A stretch of DNA of 32,889 bases from Nanobdellati archaeon (GTDB lineage Archaea > EX4484-52 > JAADEF01), in contig WAPH01000016.1 in NCBI GenBank assembly GCA_015520895.1, positions 1 to 32,889 of the forward strand. The letters are read 5' to 3'. Position numbers and translations under genes: made by a program. Positions 32,794-32,889 of the stretch are shown here, piece after piece. Under the pieces are notes generated by a model. The model saw only the letters and a program-made list of their open reading frames with translations. It ran no database searches and was not told where the DNA came from. The stretch's first letter is position 1. Every line of letters starts with the position of its first letter.

Positions 32794-32889
32794 TCTTTAA
32801 CCAAAGAAATTAAAAACAAACCAAATCTTAAAAAAGCTATCTCAGCAACAATAGGATCAGTTCTATTAGTTGTATTCACAATAGCCATA
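32777..32889 (+). CDS. 5' part of an ORF running off the window (hypothetical; hydrophobic segment begins)
   Basis: ATG at 32777 followed by an open frame to the window end: MAEKLFSLTKEIKNKPNLKKAISATIGSVLLVVFTIAI... It is truncated and no family is assignable. Confidence 0.35.

Noticed and set aside
1-32889. CRISPR arrays, IS elements or transposases, integrases, prophage genes, rRNA genes.
   Set aside because: I saw no regularly spaced direct repeats, no terminal inverted repeats flanking a transposase-like ORF and no recombinase motifs. Non-coding spacers are all shorter than about 270 nt. Apart from the tRNA, the only G+C-enriched stretch I noticed is the coding Pro-rich linker at 14150-14345.

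Overview
This is a densely packed, visibly AT-rich archaeal chromosomal segment. G+C is roughly one third or less by eye; I did not compute it. About 38 protein genes and one intron-containing tRNA fill almost the whole window. Many neighbouring genes overlap at start/stop codons (ATGA or TAATG overlaps), and Shine-Dalgarno-like GGAGG/AGGTGA motifs precede internal operon genes. Operon-first genes have TATA-like boxes about 25-30 nt before the ATG, which suggests leaderless transcripts.

The content is mostly archaeal information-processing and housekeeping:
- Replication and DNA: orc1/cdc6 with ORB-like boxes upstream (probable origin at the left edge), archaeal DnaG, PCNA, endonuclease IV-like protein, dCTP deaminase, and a full-length unsplit reverse gyrase, which implies a thermophile or hyperthermophile.
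- RNA and translation: homotetramer-type tRNA splicing endonuclease, KEOPS Pcc1, RNase J, Nob1, diphthine synthase, and tRNA-Phe(GAA) with a 47-nt canonical-position intron.
- Protein handling and metabolism: prefoldin beta, M50 protease, M17 aminopeptidase, AmmeMemoRadiSam-type radical SAM enzyme, and a SufCBD-DUF59 Fe-S operon.
- Envelope: AglB and AglH-like N-glycosylation genes followed by a Cys-rich surface protein.

I found no CRISPR array, IS element, integrase or rRNA.

The least explained parts are:
(i) a 3.7-kb block (11.1-14.8 kb) with a KaiC-like ATPase, several coiled-coil proteins, a small Gly-rich membrane protein, an HTH protein and a protein with a Pro/Gln/Ser-rich linker;
(ii) the tightly coupled array tRNA-Phe, 145-aa ORF, DUF1512-like membrane protein, dcd, reverse gyrase;
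(iii) a W/Y-rich 178-aa ORF translationally coupled to pcc1-DUF167;
(iv) an M17 aminopeptidase whose N-terminal domain is encoded upstream of any canonical start codon;
(v) a HAD-IIA paralog with Asp-to-Asn replacements in its catalytic motifs;
(vi) a 15-bp perfect inverted repeat with an alternative 10-bp pairing around the start codon of the last, truncated ORF.

All functional calls come from by-eye motif and family recognition. No searches were run.
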